Of a stretch of DNA of 64,000 nucleotides, positions 38,766-48,531 are shown one piece after another; position 1 is the first letter of the stretch, and every line of letters starts with the position of its first letter. This stretch comes from Flammeovirgaceae bacterium UBA5008. Lineage in GTDB: Bacteria; Bacteroidota; Bacteroidia; Cytophagales; Cyclobacteriaceae. The position numbers and the translations under genes are program-made. The stretch lies in assembly GCA_002398365.1 (NCBI GenBank), contig DGYK01000063.1, positions 460,813 to 524,812 on the forward strand. The letters run 5' to 3'. The notes under the pieces were generated by a model. It made no database searches. It was not told the origin of the DNA and saw only the letters and a program-made list of their open reading frames with translations.

Positions 38766-39389
38766 TTAAGGATTTGGTATCCGGGCCTGCTTTCGGTAAA
38801 TCCAGATATTGCGGATGTACACCACCAGCCCCAGCGATTGGGCTACCAACAACACGGGGTCTTTGCGGAAGACAGAATAAATCACCACCAGCACAGAGGC
38901 AAATGCACTGATCACCCAAAAACCAAGAGGAAGTAAGGACTGTTTTGCTTTTTCGGAGAAGTACCATTGGTAGAGATAGCGACAGTTGAGTAGCAATTGC
39001 CCGCTAATGCCAATGACGAGCAAAAGCAAGGTTCCTTCGCCCAATGAAAAATTCAATTCGAGTTGAACCGCACTGAATACAATAACCGGAGGCACGAGGT
39101 AAAGCAACCATTGTATTGCTTTTGGAATCTTTGCCCACGCGCTTTTTAGTTGCAGGTTGCGAATATAAATGTAAAATGAAATGCCTTGGCCGAGCAGAAT
39201 AACGGCATCATGGCGTATGAGTCCATAGATTAAAAAAAGAAAAGAGCCGCACAAACTCAGTACCCAAAAGATAGTGGGAGATAGCACGCGCCCGGCTCGC
39301 TCGGATAAAATCCACTGCACTACCGAGCGCGCCCCAAACAAACCTTGAGCGAAAAATCCCAGCGCATAAATCCAGTACGACAGATCCAT
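38766..39389 (-). CDS. membrane protein with two lipid-A-disaccharide-synthase N-terminal-like (LAB_N) repeats
   Basis: An internal duplication is visible. The first copy is GARSVVQWILSERAGRVLSPTIFWVLSLCGSFLFLIYGLIRHDAVILLGQ...YIYIRN and the second is NCRYLYQWYFSEKAKQSLLPLGFWVISAFASVLVVIYSVFRKDPVLLVAQ...VVYIRN. Confidence 0.65.
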   Translation of the reverse strand: MDLSYWIYALGFFAQGLFGARSVVQWILSERAGRVLSPTIFWVLSLCGSFLFLIYGLIRHDAVILLGQGISFYIYIRNLQLKSAWAKIPKAIQWLLYLVPPVIVFSAVQLELNFSLGEGTLLLLVIGISGQLLLNCRYLYQWYFSEKAKQSLLPLGFWVISAFASVLVVIYSVFRKDPVLLVAQSLGLVVYIRNIWIYRKQARIPNP

Positions 39390-39410
39390 ATCTGCCGGAA
39401 AATGTACGCA

Positions 39411-40535
39411 TTATTCTTCGGTGTTTTTTAAGATGCTCAATAAGGAATACGTTCCGTTGATCACCATTTTTGATTGCGCTAATTCAGCAGGCAAGATCAC
39501 TTCCGTAAAGTCGTTTTGCGATTTGCCTACTTGCACTTGCACCATTTGATAGTGAAGCGAATCTTTCTCTACAAATACAAAATGTTGATTGTTGTAGGCC
39601 ACTACAGCAGTTGAAGGTAAAACAAGATGCTCGCTCGCTTCTGTTTCGATTAGCGCTTTGAAGTACAATCCGGGAATTAAACTTTGATCTTCTTTTTCCA
39701 AGTGGCAATGCACCCGCACCGTGCGATCGGTAGAAATTTCTTTGCCAACCAAAAATACGGTAGCCATTCGTTCGGTATTTTCATTGGAGAGCATCACCCG
39801 CACGCGTTGGCCGATCTTTAAATTCGGCAAATCTTTTTCAAACACCATCGCCTCGGCATGCAAATGTTCAGTGTCAACAATTTTAAATAATATATCCGTA
39901 GGACTTACATGCATGCCCATATTTACGTTGACTTGCGTAACAAAACCGGAAATAGGTGAAGCGATGGTGATCGTGTTTTTTATTTCGCCTGCTTCTAATT
40001 CTGTCGGATTAATTCCGATCAATTTCAATTTGGCGCTCATGCCTTGCACTTTGGCTTTTGTGCTGAGATAATTGGACTTGGCCAGTTGCAAACTTTTGGC
40101 TGCACTTACATTTTCTTTTACAAGCTCCTCCTGGCGTTTATATTCCAGCGCAAGAAACTCCAGTTGATTTTTATTAAGCAGATAATCTTCTTGTAACTGA
40201 ATGTAGTCGGGGTGTTCCATCACTACAATGGTTTGCCCTTTCTTTACGCGCATGCCTTGCAAAATGTCGGTGGACTTTACGAAGCCACCCAGCGGAGCGG
40301 AGATGGTGACCATATTTTGTGGAGGCACATCGAGCATGCCATTAGCATTGATGACACCACTCATGATCTTTTTTTCAGGCGTGCCCAATTTTATATCCAA
40401 TAATTTGAATTGCTCTGCCGATAGCGTTACCTCATTGCTTTCGTGAGTTGTTGCATCGGCTGTGGGTTTATCCGATGAAGAGCAACCGACCAAAGCGATA
40501 AAAAGACAGAGACTAAGTTTTGCGATTAAGTTCAT
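39411..40535 (-). CDS. RND efflux periplasmic adaptor (membrane fusion protein, CzcB/CusB-like)
   Basis: It has a lipoprotein-type signal (LVGCSSS) and HlyD/MFP coiled-coil and barrel-sandwich segments. Its position is within a czcA operon. I prefer the ATG at 40535. Confidence 0.8.
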   Translation of the reverse strand: MNLIAKLSLCLFIALVGCSSSDKPTADATTHESNEVTLSAEQFKLLDIKLGTPEKKIMSGVINANGMLDVPPQNMVTISAPLGGFVKSTDILQGMRVKKGQTIVVMEHPDYIQLQEDYLLNKNQLEFLALEYKRQEELVKENVSAAKSLQLAKSNYLSTKAKVQGMSAKLKLIGINPTELEAGEIKNTITIASPISGFVTQVNVNMGMHVSPTDILFKIVDTEHLHAEAMVFEKDLPNLKIGQRVRVMLSNENTERMATVFLVGKEISTDRTVRVHCHLEKEDQSLIPGLYFKALIETEASEHLVLPSTAVVAYNNQHFVFVEKDSLHYQMVQVQVGKSQNDFTEVILPAELAQSKMVINGTYSLLSILKNTEE

Positions 40536-40545
40536 GTTTATGCGA

Positions 40546-41772
40546 TTAAAATTTTCCAAGTAAGTATTCCATTTTTAAAACCGACTGATTGTATTGCGTG
40601 AGCGACAACAGGTAATTGCTTTTGATGCTGAGTGCAGTTTTTAAGGATTGTAAATATTCTATGTAACCGATTTCACCGGCTCGATACGCTTTGCCCGATT
40701 GGGTGATCATTAAATTGGCGTTTTGTAAAGCACTGCTTTCGTAATAAACTAAGCTCGCCTGATTTTTAGCCAGTTCTTTTTGCACTTGAGCGAAACTGCT
40801 TTTCAAATTTGTTTCGAATTGCTCGGTTTCATTTCGTGTGATTTCTTCTTGTATGCCGGCTGATTTGGCTCGTGCCAATTGCGGAGCTACCCAAATGGGA
40901 ATACTCAGACCGAATTGAAATCCAGTGAAACTTTTGCTCGAAGGAAAGAAGACATCCTGACCGTTGACATTTTGAATTCCAGTGAGGCTTTGTGTGAAAA
41001 AACCGACTGTAAAATCCGGAAGCAGTTTATTGTTTTCAAGTCGCTTGGCTTGTTTGCTAACGGTGACTTGTTGTTTTAGATAACTTAATTGTGGATTTGT
41101 ATCCCAGCTGGAAGAATCAATCAACGACCGCTTGATTAATTTTTCCGAATGATACACAGGCTGCTCGGCTTTGAGTAATGCTTGCAAACGAGTGGCCGCA
41201 ATTTCCATGTCGGTTTGATTGATGCGCAATTGGTTTTTCACTTCCAGCAGTTGACTTTCGGCTGTGGTTTTTTCCAGCAGATTGCTTTCGCCAGTTTTGA
41301 ATCGTACGCCTGCAGCGCGATTGAAATCCTGAAACAAGCTATCCTGCGATTCAAGCAAGCGATGGAGTGCATCCAGATACAATAACTGCTCGTAGGTGAA
41401 TTTTACCTGATAGGCAATTTCATTTTGTATCACCAATAAATTTTTCTGACTTCCCACTACGTGTTCTTTCCCCAACTTCACCTGATTGATTAAAGTGGTT
41501 GGGAATGGAATAGTTTGCGTGAAAGTATAGTTATCATCTTGCTGAAGCGAGTTGTATTGCCCATGCATCCACATTGCATTTAGTTTGCCAATATCGGTGC
41601 CCGTCTTCTTTAACTGTCGGTAGTAGTCAATAGAATACTCAGCTGCTTTTACTGACTGATTTTTTTCTAAAGCAATCTGCACCGCTTGTTGTAAACTGAC
41701 TAATTGCGCAGACAAGCTAAGAGGCGTTATTAGCAGAATTATTAATGCAAAATTTTGAATTTTAAATTTCAT
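40546..41772 (-). CDS. TolC-family outer-membrane efflux protein
   Basis: It has a signal peptide (PLSLSAQ) and a two-fold repeated OEP architecture, at about 408 aa. The ATG at 41772 (MKFKIQNF...) avoids overlap with the upstream gene. Confidence 0.8.
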   Translation of the reverse strand: MKFKIQNFALIILLITPLSLSAQLVSLQQAVQIALEKNQSVKAAEYSIDYYRQLKKTGTDIGKLNAMWMHGQYNSLQQDDNYTFTQTIPFPTTLINQVKLGKEHVVGSQKNLLVIQNEIAYQVKFTYEQLLYLDALHRLLESQDSLFQDFNRAAGVRFKTGESNLLEKTTAESQLLEVKNQLRINQTDMEIAATRLQALLKAEQPVYHSEKLIKRSLIDSSSWDTNPQLSYLKQQVTVSKQAKRLENNKLLPDFTVGFFTQSLTGIQNVNGQDVFFPSSKSFTGFQFGLSIPIWVAPQLARAKSAGIQEEITRNETEQFETNLKSSFAQVQKELAKNQASLVYYESSALQNANLMITQSGKAYRAGEIGYIEYLQSLKTALSIKSNYLLSLTQYNQSVLKMEYLLGKF

Positions 41773-41776
41773 GGTA

Positions 41777-42133
41777 TTAACTGTTTTGAGACGATTTAAC
41801 AATTGCGGTTATAATCCTGACAATTTCTTCTGCCTTAGCTATGTAAGGCTCATAATCATAAGCAACAAGCTGACTTTTTTGTAAGAGTCGTAACCAATAC
41901 AAAGACTCCCTTGCTTCTTTTGATGCAATGCTCATCTTAGAAATAAAGTCTTTACGAGACTGGCCAGCAATTGCTTCTTCAACATTAGCTCCTATTGAAG
42001 TAGCAGAACGAAGTAATTGCTTGGATAGAACATACTCCCGATTTTCTAAAAGCGTAGAGTATAGGCTAATTATTAAAAGAGAGAATTCAAATGTTTTAGT
42101 TTGAATGATATTATCCGTTTTCACTGAAGTCAA
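41777..42133 (-). CDS. four-helix-bundle protein (23S rRNA intervening-sequence protein / Avd-like family)
   Basis: It is 118 aa. The family signature ...SATSIGANVEEAIAGQSRKDFISKMSIASKEARESLYWLRLL... is present. Confidence 0.75.
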   Translation of the reverse strand: MTSVKTDNIIQTKTFEFSLLIISLYSTLLENREYVLSKQLLRSATSIGANVEEAIAGQSRKDFISKMSIASKEARESLYWLRLLQKSQLVAYDYEPYIAKAEEIVRIITAIVKSSQNS

Positions 42134-42154
42134 TTAAAAATTCACAATTAATAA

Positions 42155-45100
42155 TTATAAATTGTTTCTGTCTTTTTCAAAGTAAGTGTAGAGCACCGGC
42201 AAAACGACCAGCGTTAAGAGTGTAGCAGAAATTAATCCGCCAATCACTACGGTTGCCAAAGGACGTTGCACTTCCGCACCCGAGCCGTTGGAGAGCGCCA
42301 TTGGTAAAAAGCCGAGAGAAGCTACGAGCGCAGTCATCAGCACGGGGCGCAGACGCGTTTCAGTTCCCTCTTTCACAATTTCAGAAATCAATTTGTTTTC
42401 ATCTTTTTTCAGCCGGTTGAATTCGGCAATCAAAACAATGCCATTCAATACGGCTACACCAAACAATGCAATGAAACCGACACCAGCAGAAATACTGAAA
42501 GGCATATCGCGCAGCCAGAGCGCGAATACGCCACCAATGGCAGAAAGAGGGATGGCGGTGAAAATCAGAAGACCATGCTTGAATGAATGAAAGGTGAAGT
42601 AGAGCAACACAAAGATTAGTGCCAATGCCAAAGGTACCGCTACCATCAGTCGTTGTTTGGCTTCTTCCAGGTTTTTGAACGAACCACCATACGTGGTGAA
42701 GTAGCCCGGTTCAAATTTTATTTGCTTCTGGATTTTTTGGTCGATCTCTTTTACAATGCTCTGCACATCGCGGCCACGAATATTAAACCCTACGGCTATT
42801 CTTCGCTTGGCATCATCGCGTTGAATTTGATTGAGTCCTGTTACTAACTGAACGGAGGCAAGTTCTTCCAGACGCACTTGTTGGCCATTGCTAGCCGTGA
42901 TATACAAGCCCCGAATATCGTCCATCGATTTTCTTTTCTTTTCATCGAGGCGAATGACCAACTCAAATCGTTTTTCCTTTTCATAAACCCAGCCGGCTCC
43001 TTCACCGGAAAAGCTACTCCGAATCACGCGGTTCACATCATCGGTGCTTAAGCCATATTGCGCAATGCGGTTGCGATCAAACTTTATCACATACTGCGGA
43101 AGCCCGCCCATTGGCTCAATGTAAATATCGGCTGCGCCTTCCACCTGTCCCGCAATTTTTCCGATCTCATCGGCATAGCTCTCCAGCAGTTGAAGATCTT
43201 CGCCATAAATTTTAATTACAACATCTTGCCGTGCACCCGTCATCAATTCATTGAAGCGCATTTGAATGGGTTGCTGAAATCCGTAGAGTACACCCGGCAT
43301 TTTTTCTTCCAGCTTCTTCGACATTTTTTCGGCCAGCTCATCGCGTGTTTCAGCGCTCGTCCATTCGCTCTTATCTTTTAGAACAATTATCAAATCACTG
43401 GCTTCAATCGGCATGGGGTCAGTTGGAATTTCAGACGTTCCGATTTTTCCAATCACTTCTTTCACCTCGGGGAAATGATCGAGTAACACACGCGAACTTT
43501 TTTGAGTAGTCTCAATCATCTGCGTAAGCGAACTGCCCGTGAGCAAACGAGTTTCAACTGCAAAATCTCCTTCGTCCAGCGTGGGTATAAATTCGCCACC
43601 CAATTGTAAGAAGATGAAAAGGCTGGCCAGAAAAAATACAACGGAACTAATCACAATGATCAACCTTCTGCGCAAAGCAAATTGAATCACCGGTCGGTAG
43701 CTGCGATGAAAAAATGCAATTAAGCGATCGGAGATATTTTGTTTGTGATTCGTTTTTTTGCTGAGGAAAAGCGATGACACCATTGGTACGTAGGTGAGCG
43801 ATAAGACCATGGCTCCGATAATGGCAAACGCTACCGTCTGCGCCATGGGCCCAAACATTTTTCCCTCAATACCAACAAGTGATAGAATGGGCAAATAAAC
43901 AATTAAGATGATGATCTGCCCGAATGCAGCGGAGTGCATCATGCTATTGGCCGAGTGATTCACTTCTTCGTCCATCTGCTGCTGTGTGAGGCGAATGCCA
44001 CTTTGCATTTTAGCTAAGTGATGCAGTGTGGCCTCTACGATGATCACTGCGCCATCTACAATCAAGCCGAAGTCAATCGCGCCTAAACTCATCAGGTTAC
44101 CGGATACACCAAATAAATTCATCAAGCTGATGGCAAACAACATGGCCAATGGAATGACCGATGCAACAACGAGTCCTGCGCGGAAATTGCCCAGCATCAG
44201 CACCAACACGAACACAACAATCAACGCACCTTCGGCCAGGTTTTTAGTAACTGTGCTAATGGCATTGTTGACCAGTTTGGTGCGATCGAGGTAAGGCTCA
44301 ATGGTGACGCCTTCCGGCAATGTTTTTTTAATTTGCTCAATGCGCTCTTTTACTTTTTTGATAACGAACGAGGAGTTCTCGCCTTTCAACATTAACACGA
44401 GCGCACCGACCACTTCACCTTGATCATTGTAAGTCATGGCTCCATAGCGCATGGCATGACCAAATTGCACAGTGGCCACATGGCTGATAAGCACAGGCAG
44501 CCCGTTGTCTAAATTTTTAACAACAATTTTTTCGATGTCGGAGAGATTTTCTACCAACCCTTCGCTGCGAATAAAGTAAGCGTATGGTTTTTTATCGATG
44601 TAGGCGCCACCGGTGTTCTGATTGTTTTTCTCCAGAGCCGTAAAAATTTCGTCCACGCTGACATTCATGCTGCGCAACTTTTCCGGATCAAGCGCAATCT
44701 CATATTGCTTTACGTGTCCACCAAAACTGCTCACATCGGCTACACCCGCAGTGCCGAGCAATTGCCTGCGTACAATCCAATCTTGAATGGTTCGCAGTTC
44801 GGTAGGATTGTATTTTGATTCGAATCCTTTTTTAGGTTTTAAGATGTATTGATAAATCTCACTCAAGCCGGTGGAGAGAGGTGCCAATTCCGGGTTTCCG
44901 GCTCCGGCCGGAATAGCGCTTTTCGCGGAGGCGAGCCTTTCGTTTACTTGCTGACGTGCCCAATACACATCGGTATCGTCAGTAAATACAATGGTAACAA
45001 CAGAAAGCCCGAAACGCGAGAAAGATCGCATCTCGGTAATATGAGGGATGGTGGCCATCGTTTGCTCAACCGGAAAGGTCACGAGTCGCTCCACCTCTGG

Positions 45101-45274
45101 AGCAGCCAAAGATGGTGAAACAGTAAGCACCTGTACCTGGTTATTGGTGATATCGGGCACGGCATCAATGGGCAGGCGCGTGAGCGAATAACTGCCCCAT
45201 ACGATGAGACAGAGAGTAAGAATCGAAATGATAATCTTATTCTTGACAGAAAATGAAATGATGCGACTAAGCAT
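42155..45274 (-). CDS. czcA: CusA/CzcA-family heavy-metal RND efflux pump
   Basis: It is 1039 aa with 12 TM segments and two large periplasmic loops. The N-terminus ...IISFSVKNKIIISILTLCLIVWGSYSLTRLPIDAVPDITNNQVQV is typical of the CzcA/CusA (HME-RND) subfamily. Confidence 0.9.
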   Translation of the reverse strand: MLSRIISFSVKNKIIISILTLCLIVWGSYSLTRLPIDAVPDITNNQVQVLTVSPSLAAPEVERLVTFPVEQTMATIPHITEMRSFSRFGLSVVTIVFTDDTDVYWARQQVNERLASAKSAIPAGAGNPELAPLSTGLSEIYQYILKPKKGFESKYNPTELRTIQDWIVRRQLLGTAGVADVSSFGGHVKQYEIALDPEKLRSMNVSVDEIFTALEKNNQNTGGAYIDKKPYAYFIRSEGLVENLSDIEKIVVKNLDNGLPVLISHVATVQFGHAMRYGAMTYNDQGEVVGALVLMLKGENSSFVIKKVKERIEQIKKTLPEGVTIEPYLDRTKLVNNAISTVTKNLAEGALIVVFVLVLMLGNFRAGLVVASVIPLAMLFAISLMNLFGVSGNLMSLGAIDFGLIVDGAVIIVEATLHHLAKMQSGIRLTQQQMDEEVNHSANSMMHSAAFGQIIILIVYLPILSLVGIEGKMFGPMAQTVAFAIIGAMVLSLTYVPMVSSLFLSKKTNHKQNISDRLIAFFHRSYRPVIQFALRRRLIIVISSVVFFLASLFIFLQLGGEFIPTLDEGDFAVETRLLTGSSLTQMIETTQKSSRVLLDHFPEVKEVIGKIGTSEIPTDPMPIEASDLIIVLKDKSEWTSAETRDELAEKMSKKLEEKMPGVLYGFQQPIQMRFNELMTGARQDVVIKIYGEDLQLLESYADEIGKIAGQVEGAADIYIEPMGGLPQYVIKFDRNRIAQYGLSTDDVNRVIRSSFSGEGAGWVYEKEKRFELVIRLDEKKRKSMDDIRGLYITASNGQQVRLEELASVQLVTGLNQIQRDDAKRRIAVGFNIRGRDVQSIVKEIDQKIQKQIKFEPGYFTTYGGSFKNLEEAKQRLMVAVPLALALIFVLLYFTFHSFKHGLLIFTAIPLSAIGGVFALWLRDMPFSISAGVGFIALFGVAVLNGIVLIAEFNRLKKDENKLISEIVKEGTETRLRPVLMTALVASLGFLPMALSNGSGAEVQRPLATVVIGGLISATLLTLVVLPVLYTYFEKDRNNL

Positions 45275-45375
45275 GTCGTATTTGTTGAAGAATGAAATAA
45301 ATAGATGGCAATCGCTTTAATGTAAAGCAAGATTGTTTTCAACGAACCTGTAAGTAGAACGAACTTACGAAATGA

Positions 45376-45750
45376 TTAACAGGCTTTGGGCGGCTGAAAA
45401 ATAGCGATCAACGGAGCGTTGAAAGAAGACTCTTTGTAATGAAAAGAAGGCTGCGCGATGATAATGGGCATGAGCTGAGTAACAGCAATTTTTACATCGG
45501 GCTCGGTGGCCGAATGCGCATTAAAACAATGACCCGCCACTTTAAATGGCAATTCATTGTCGTGCTCATCATGGGCTACATCACTTTGGTAATGCAGTTC
45601 TAAAAAATCCCAGAAGGAAATTTCTTGAGATAGTTTTTTGTGTTCAGCGTAATGCTCTAATAAAATCGGAAGACGCATAGCTTCATGCAATTCGGTGAAC
45701 GAATTGATGTAAACCAATAGAAATAAAATAGAGAGAGTGCGCTTTAGCAT
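45376..45750 (-). CDS. small secreted/membrane-anchored His/Glu-rich protein upstream of czcA
   Basis: The ATG at 45750 gives MLKRTLSILFLLVYINSF (signal or anchor), followed by HEAMRLPILLEHYAEHKK...HYQSDVAHDEHDNE. The 47-codon upstream extension in the track looks non-coding. Confidence 0.45.
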   Translation of the reverse strand: MLKRTLSILFLLVYINSFTELHEAMRLPILLEHYAEHKKLSQEISFWDFLELHYQSDVAHDEHDNELPFKVAGHCFNAHSATEPDVKIAVTQLMPIIIAQPSFHYKESSFNAPLIAIFQPPKAC

Positions 45751-45953
45751 GGTCTTCTGCGATCGTAAAGGTATAAAACGATTAGCAAATAGATGCAACT
45801 GACCATGTAATAAATGGAAATAGTGGTGATTTAAGGGTTTAATCGGTAAACAGCCATTCGCAAAAAGATGTAAATAATTGTCACAGCTCAATTATCGCCA
45901 GTAACCATCCAACTAACTTGGCGTACTACTCATCACTAACCAAACCCTTCTTT

Positions 45954-48452
45954 ATGATATTCAATTACTTCTTGTTGTCGTTTCGCAATCTGGTGCGTCA
46001 GCGTGGCTATGCAGTGGTGAACTTGTTTGGATTAGCGTTGGGTTTGGCCGCGGCTCTCTTCATTCTTCTGTATGTAAAAGACGAGCTCACCTTCGACAAC
46101 ATGCATCCCTATGCCGCAAACACCTATCGCATGGGGTACAAGGTTCAGTTTCCGAATGGCAATTCCGAAGCCGCTCCGTATGCACCTGCCGGCTGGGATA
46201 ATTATATTCAATCGAACTATACCGGCATTAAAGGCATCACCAGCTATGCATCATGGGGAATGCCTACCAGCATAGGCTACGCACCGAAAGAGCGGATTAT
46301 TTTAACAGAAGATATTGTATGGGCTGAATCTTCGTTCACCGACATTGTGTATTGCCCAATTGTGAAAGGTGCTGCTACCAATCCATTGAAAGAAATTAAT
46401 TCGATGATGTTGACGGAATCATCAGCTAAAGAATTATTTGGAGATGAAGATCCGATTAATAAAACGGTTACGGTTTCGCATCAGGCTACCAATGGTCAAA
46501 ATGTCGAAATGATTGTTACTGCAGTAATTAAAGATTTGCCTTCCAACTCGCACATCAAACCAAAATACATTTTCAATATTCTGGCATTGAAACCCTACAT
46601 TCAAGACCTTGAAAATATTCTCGCCACATCTATGGGCGATGGCAACAATGGCTTTTGGACGCAATCGTATTTTGTGTGCGAAGACCCCAGCAAGATTGAG
46701 GTGATCAAAAATGATTTACAAAAACGAGCCAACGACATCATTGCCAAAAATAAATGGGACATCAAGTTTACGCCTGTGATTCGTAAGATCACGGACATTC
46801 ACTTTGATAAAGAAATGGACTGGACTATTGATCACAAAATGGCCGACATCAGCTATATGTATGTGTTCATCACCATTGCTTTGCTGATTTTGGTGGTGGC
46901 GTGCATCAATTATATCAATCTTTCTACAGCCAAGTCTGCCAGCCGTGCGCGCGAGATTGGCCTGCGCAAAACGTTTGGTGGCATTCGTCCACAGTTGTTT
47001 TTTCAGTTCATGATGGAATCGTTCGTGTTGGTGCTCATCTCTGCTATTATTGCCCTCTTGCTGGTAGTTTTCTTCATTCCACAATTCAATCAACTGACCG
47101 GTAAGACATTCACCTTTGCACATATCTTCAACGGACCGATGTTATTAATCATCGTGGGAGTGATTTTACTAGTAACGATTTTAGCAGGCAGCTATCCCGC
47201 TTTGTTTGTATCCGGTTTCCAACCTGCTTCGGTGTTGAAAGGTAAGTTTGCGTTTGGAAAAGGATCCACGCGCTTTCGTCAGTTTTTGACAACACTTCAA
47301 TTTGTAGTAGCCGTAACATTGTTGGCCGGAACCGTCATCATTGTGCGCCAAATGGATTTGTTAAAGAATTCAAAGTTGAATGAATCCGGAAGACAAATTG
47401 TTTCCATTCGCTATGGAGGATTTAATGGGCAAGCTACCGATCAGCAATATCTCACATTTAAAAATCAGTTATTGTCTGATCCGCAAATAGAACATGTTAC
47501 ACTCGCCAATCACTTACCTCGTTTGGATTTCTTCGGGCCGATCAACATGCAAATGCAGTTTCCCGATATCAGCGAAGACAAGCATGAGTGGTTTCAACTG
47601 AATGGCGATTTCGATTTCCCCGAAACATTCCAACTCAAAATACTAGCGGGTCGAGATTTTGATGATAAAAATATGGCTGACTCCATGGCTGTCTTGTTAA
47701 ATGAATCGGCTGTAAAAGCATTGAAATTAAAGCCACAAGACGTGATTGGTAAAACCATTGTGCGTCCTGATTATGTGATGGGCTATCAAGCTCCAGATTC
47801 AACCAAGGCCCCTATTACCGGAATCGTAATTGGTGTGGTCGAAGATTTTCCGTATCAATCGATGCGCAAGAAAATTGAGCCATTGGCGATTTCACCAAAA
47901 CCACACACATTTGATCGCATTATTCACGTGCGGTTGCCGGAAGGGAAAATTCAAGAGAAGATTGCATTCTTAGAATCTACGTGGAAGAAAAATTTTCCGC
48001 AGTATGGCTTCGATTATTGGTTTGTAGATGAAGAGTTTGGTCGTATGTATGAAAACGAAACCAAAGTTGCCAACCTCACCGAGAAATTTTCGGGGCTTGC
48101 GATTTTGATTACATGCGTTGGCTTGTATGGATTGGCAGCATTTATGTCGGAACAACGCACACGTGAAATCGGAATTCGCAAAAGCATGGGTGCCAGCAGT
48201 TCACAGATTTTGATTTTGCTATTGAGTGTGTTTGGTAAATTGTTGTTGCTGGCCAGTTGCATTGCCATTCCGGTGGCGTATTATCTTGCCAATCAATGGC
48301 TGTCGAGTTTTGTATATCAAACTAGTTTGTCGGTGTGGGTGTTTGGCGGTGTCGTAGCTCTTGTAGCGTTTATTACCCTCGTTACCGTTGGATATGAAGC
48401 ATTGAAGGCTTCGTTATCAAATCCGGTGAAGGCTTTGCGCCATGATGGATGA
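45954..48452 (+). CDS. FtsX/MacB-type ABC-transporter permease, double FtsX domain, no adjacent ATPase
   Basis: It is about 830 aa with two TM1 / large extracytoplasmic domain / FtsX 3-TM units (REIGLRKTFGG and REIGIRKSMGA loops). I prefer the ATG at 45954 (MIFNYFLLSFRNLVRQRGY). Confidence 0.85.
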   Translation: MIFNYFLLSFRNLVRQRGYAVVNLFGLALGLAAALFILLYVKDELTFDNMHPYAANTYRMGYKVQFPNGNSEAAPYAPAGWDNYIQSNYTGIKGITSYASWGMPTSIGYAPKERIILTEDIVWAESSFTDIVYCPIVKGAATNPLKEINSMMLTESSAKELFGDEDPINKTVTVSHQATNGQNVEMIVTAVIKDLPSNSHIKPKYIFNILALKPYIQDLENILATSMGDGNNGFWTQSYFVCEDPSKIEVIKNDLQKRANDIIAKNKWDIKFTPVIRKITDIHFDKEMDWTIDHKMADISYMYVFITIALLILVVACINYINLSTAKSASRAREIGLRKTFGGIRPQLFFQFMMESFVLVLISAIIALLLVVFFIPQFNQLTGKTFTFAHIFNGPMLLIIVGVILLVTILAGSYPALFVSGFQPASVLKGKFAFGKGSTRFRQFLTTLQFVVAVTLLAGTVIIVRQMDLLKNSKLNESGRQIVSIRYGGFNGQATDQQYLTFKNQLLSDPQIEHVTLANHLPRLDFFGPINMQMQFPDISEDKHEWFQLNGDFDFPETFQLKILAGRDFDDKNMADSMAVLLNESAVKALKLKPQDVIGKTIVRPDYVMGYQAPDSTKAPITGIVIGVVEDFPYQSMRKKIEPLAISPKPHTFDRIIHVRLPEGKIQEKIAFLESTWKKNFPQYGFDYWFVDEEFGRMYENETKVANLTEKFSGLAILITCVGLYGLAAFMSEQRTREIGIRKSMGASSSQILILLLSVFGKLLLLASCIAIPVAYYLANQWLSSFVYQTSLSVWVFGGVVALVAFITLVTVGYEALKASLSNPVKALRHDG

Positions 48453-48531
48453 TGTTAAGTTAAGGGCAATTTATCGTGAAATTCGGCTGATTTACGAGAG
48501 CTTGATCATTTAACCAAAATCATTTTTACCC

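Noticed and set aside
38725-38967. 80-aa minus-strand ORF overlapping the 3' end of the LAB_N gene
   Set aside because: It is an alternative frame of a gene with a clear duplicated-domain translation, and nothing supports it independently.
41777-42133. Four-helix-bundle gene as the Avd component of a diversity-generating retroelement
   Set aside because: No reverse transcriptase ORF and no template/variable repeat pair are visible nearby. The flanks are czcA and a TolC-family gene.
46716-47123. 135-aa minus-strand ORF inside the FtsX permease gene
   Set aside because: It is antisense to a coherent membrane-protein frame and has an His/Arg/Asn-rich, non-protein-like composition.
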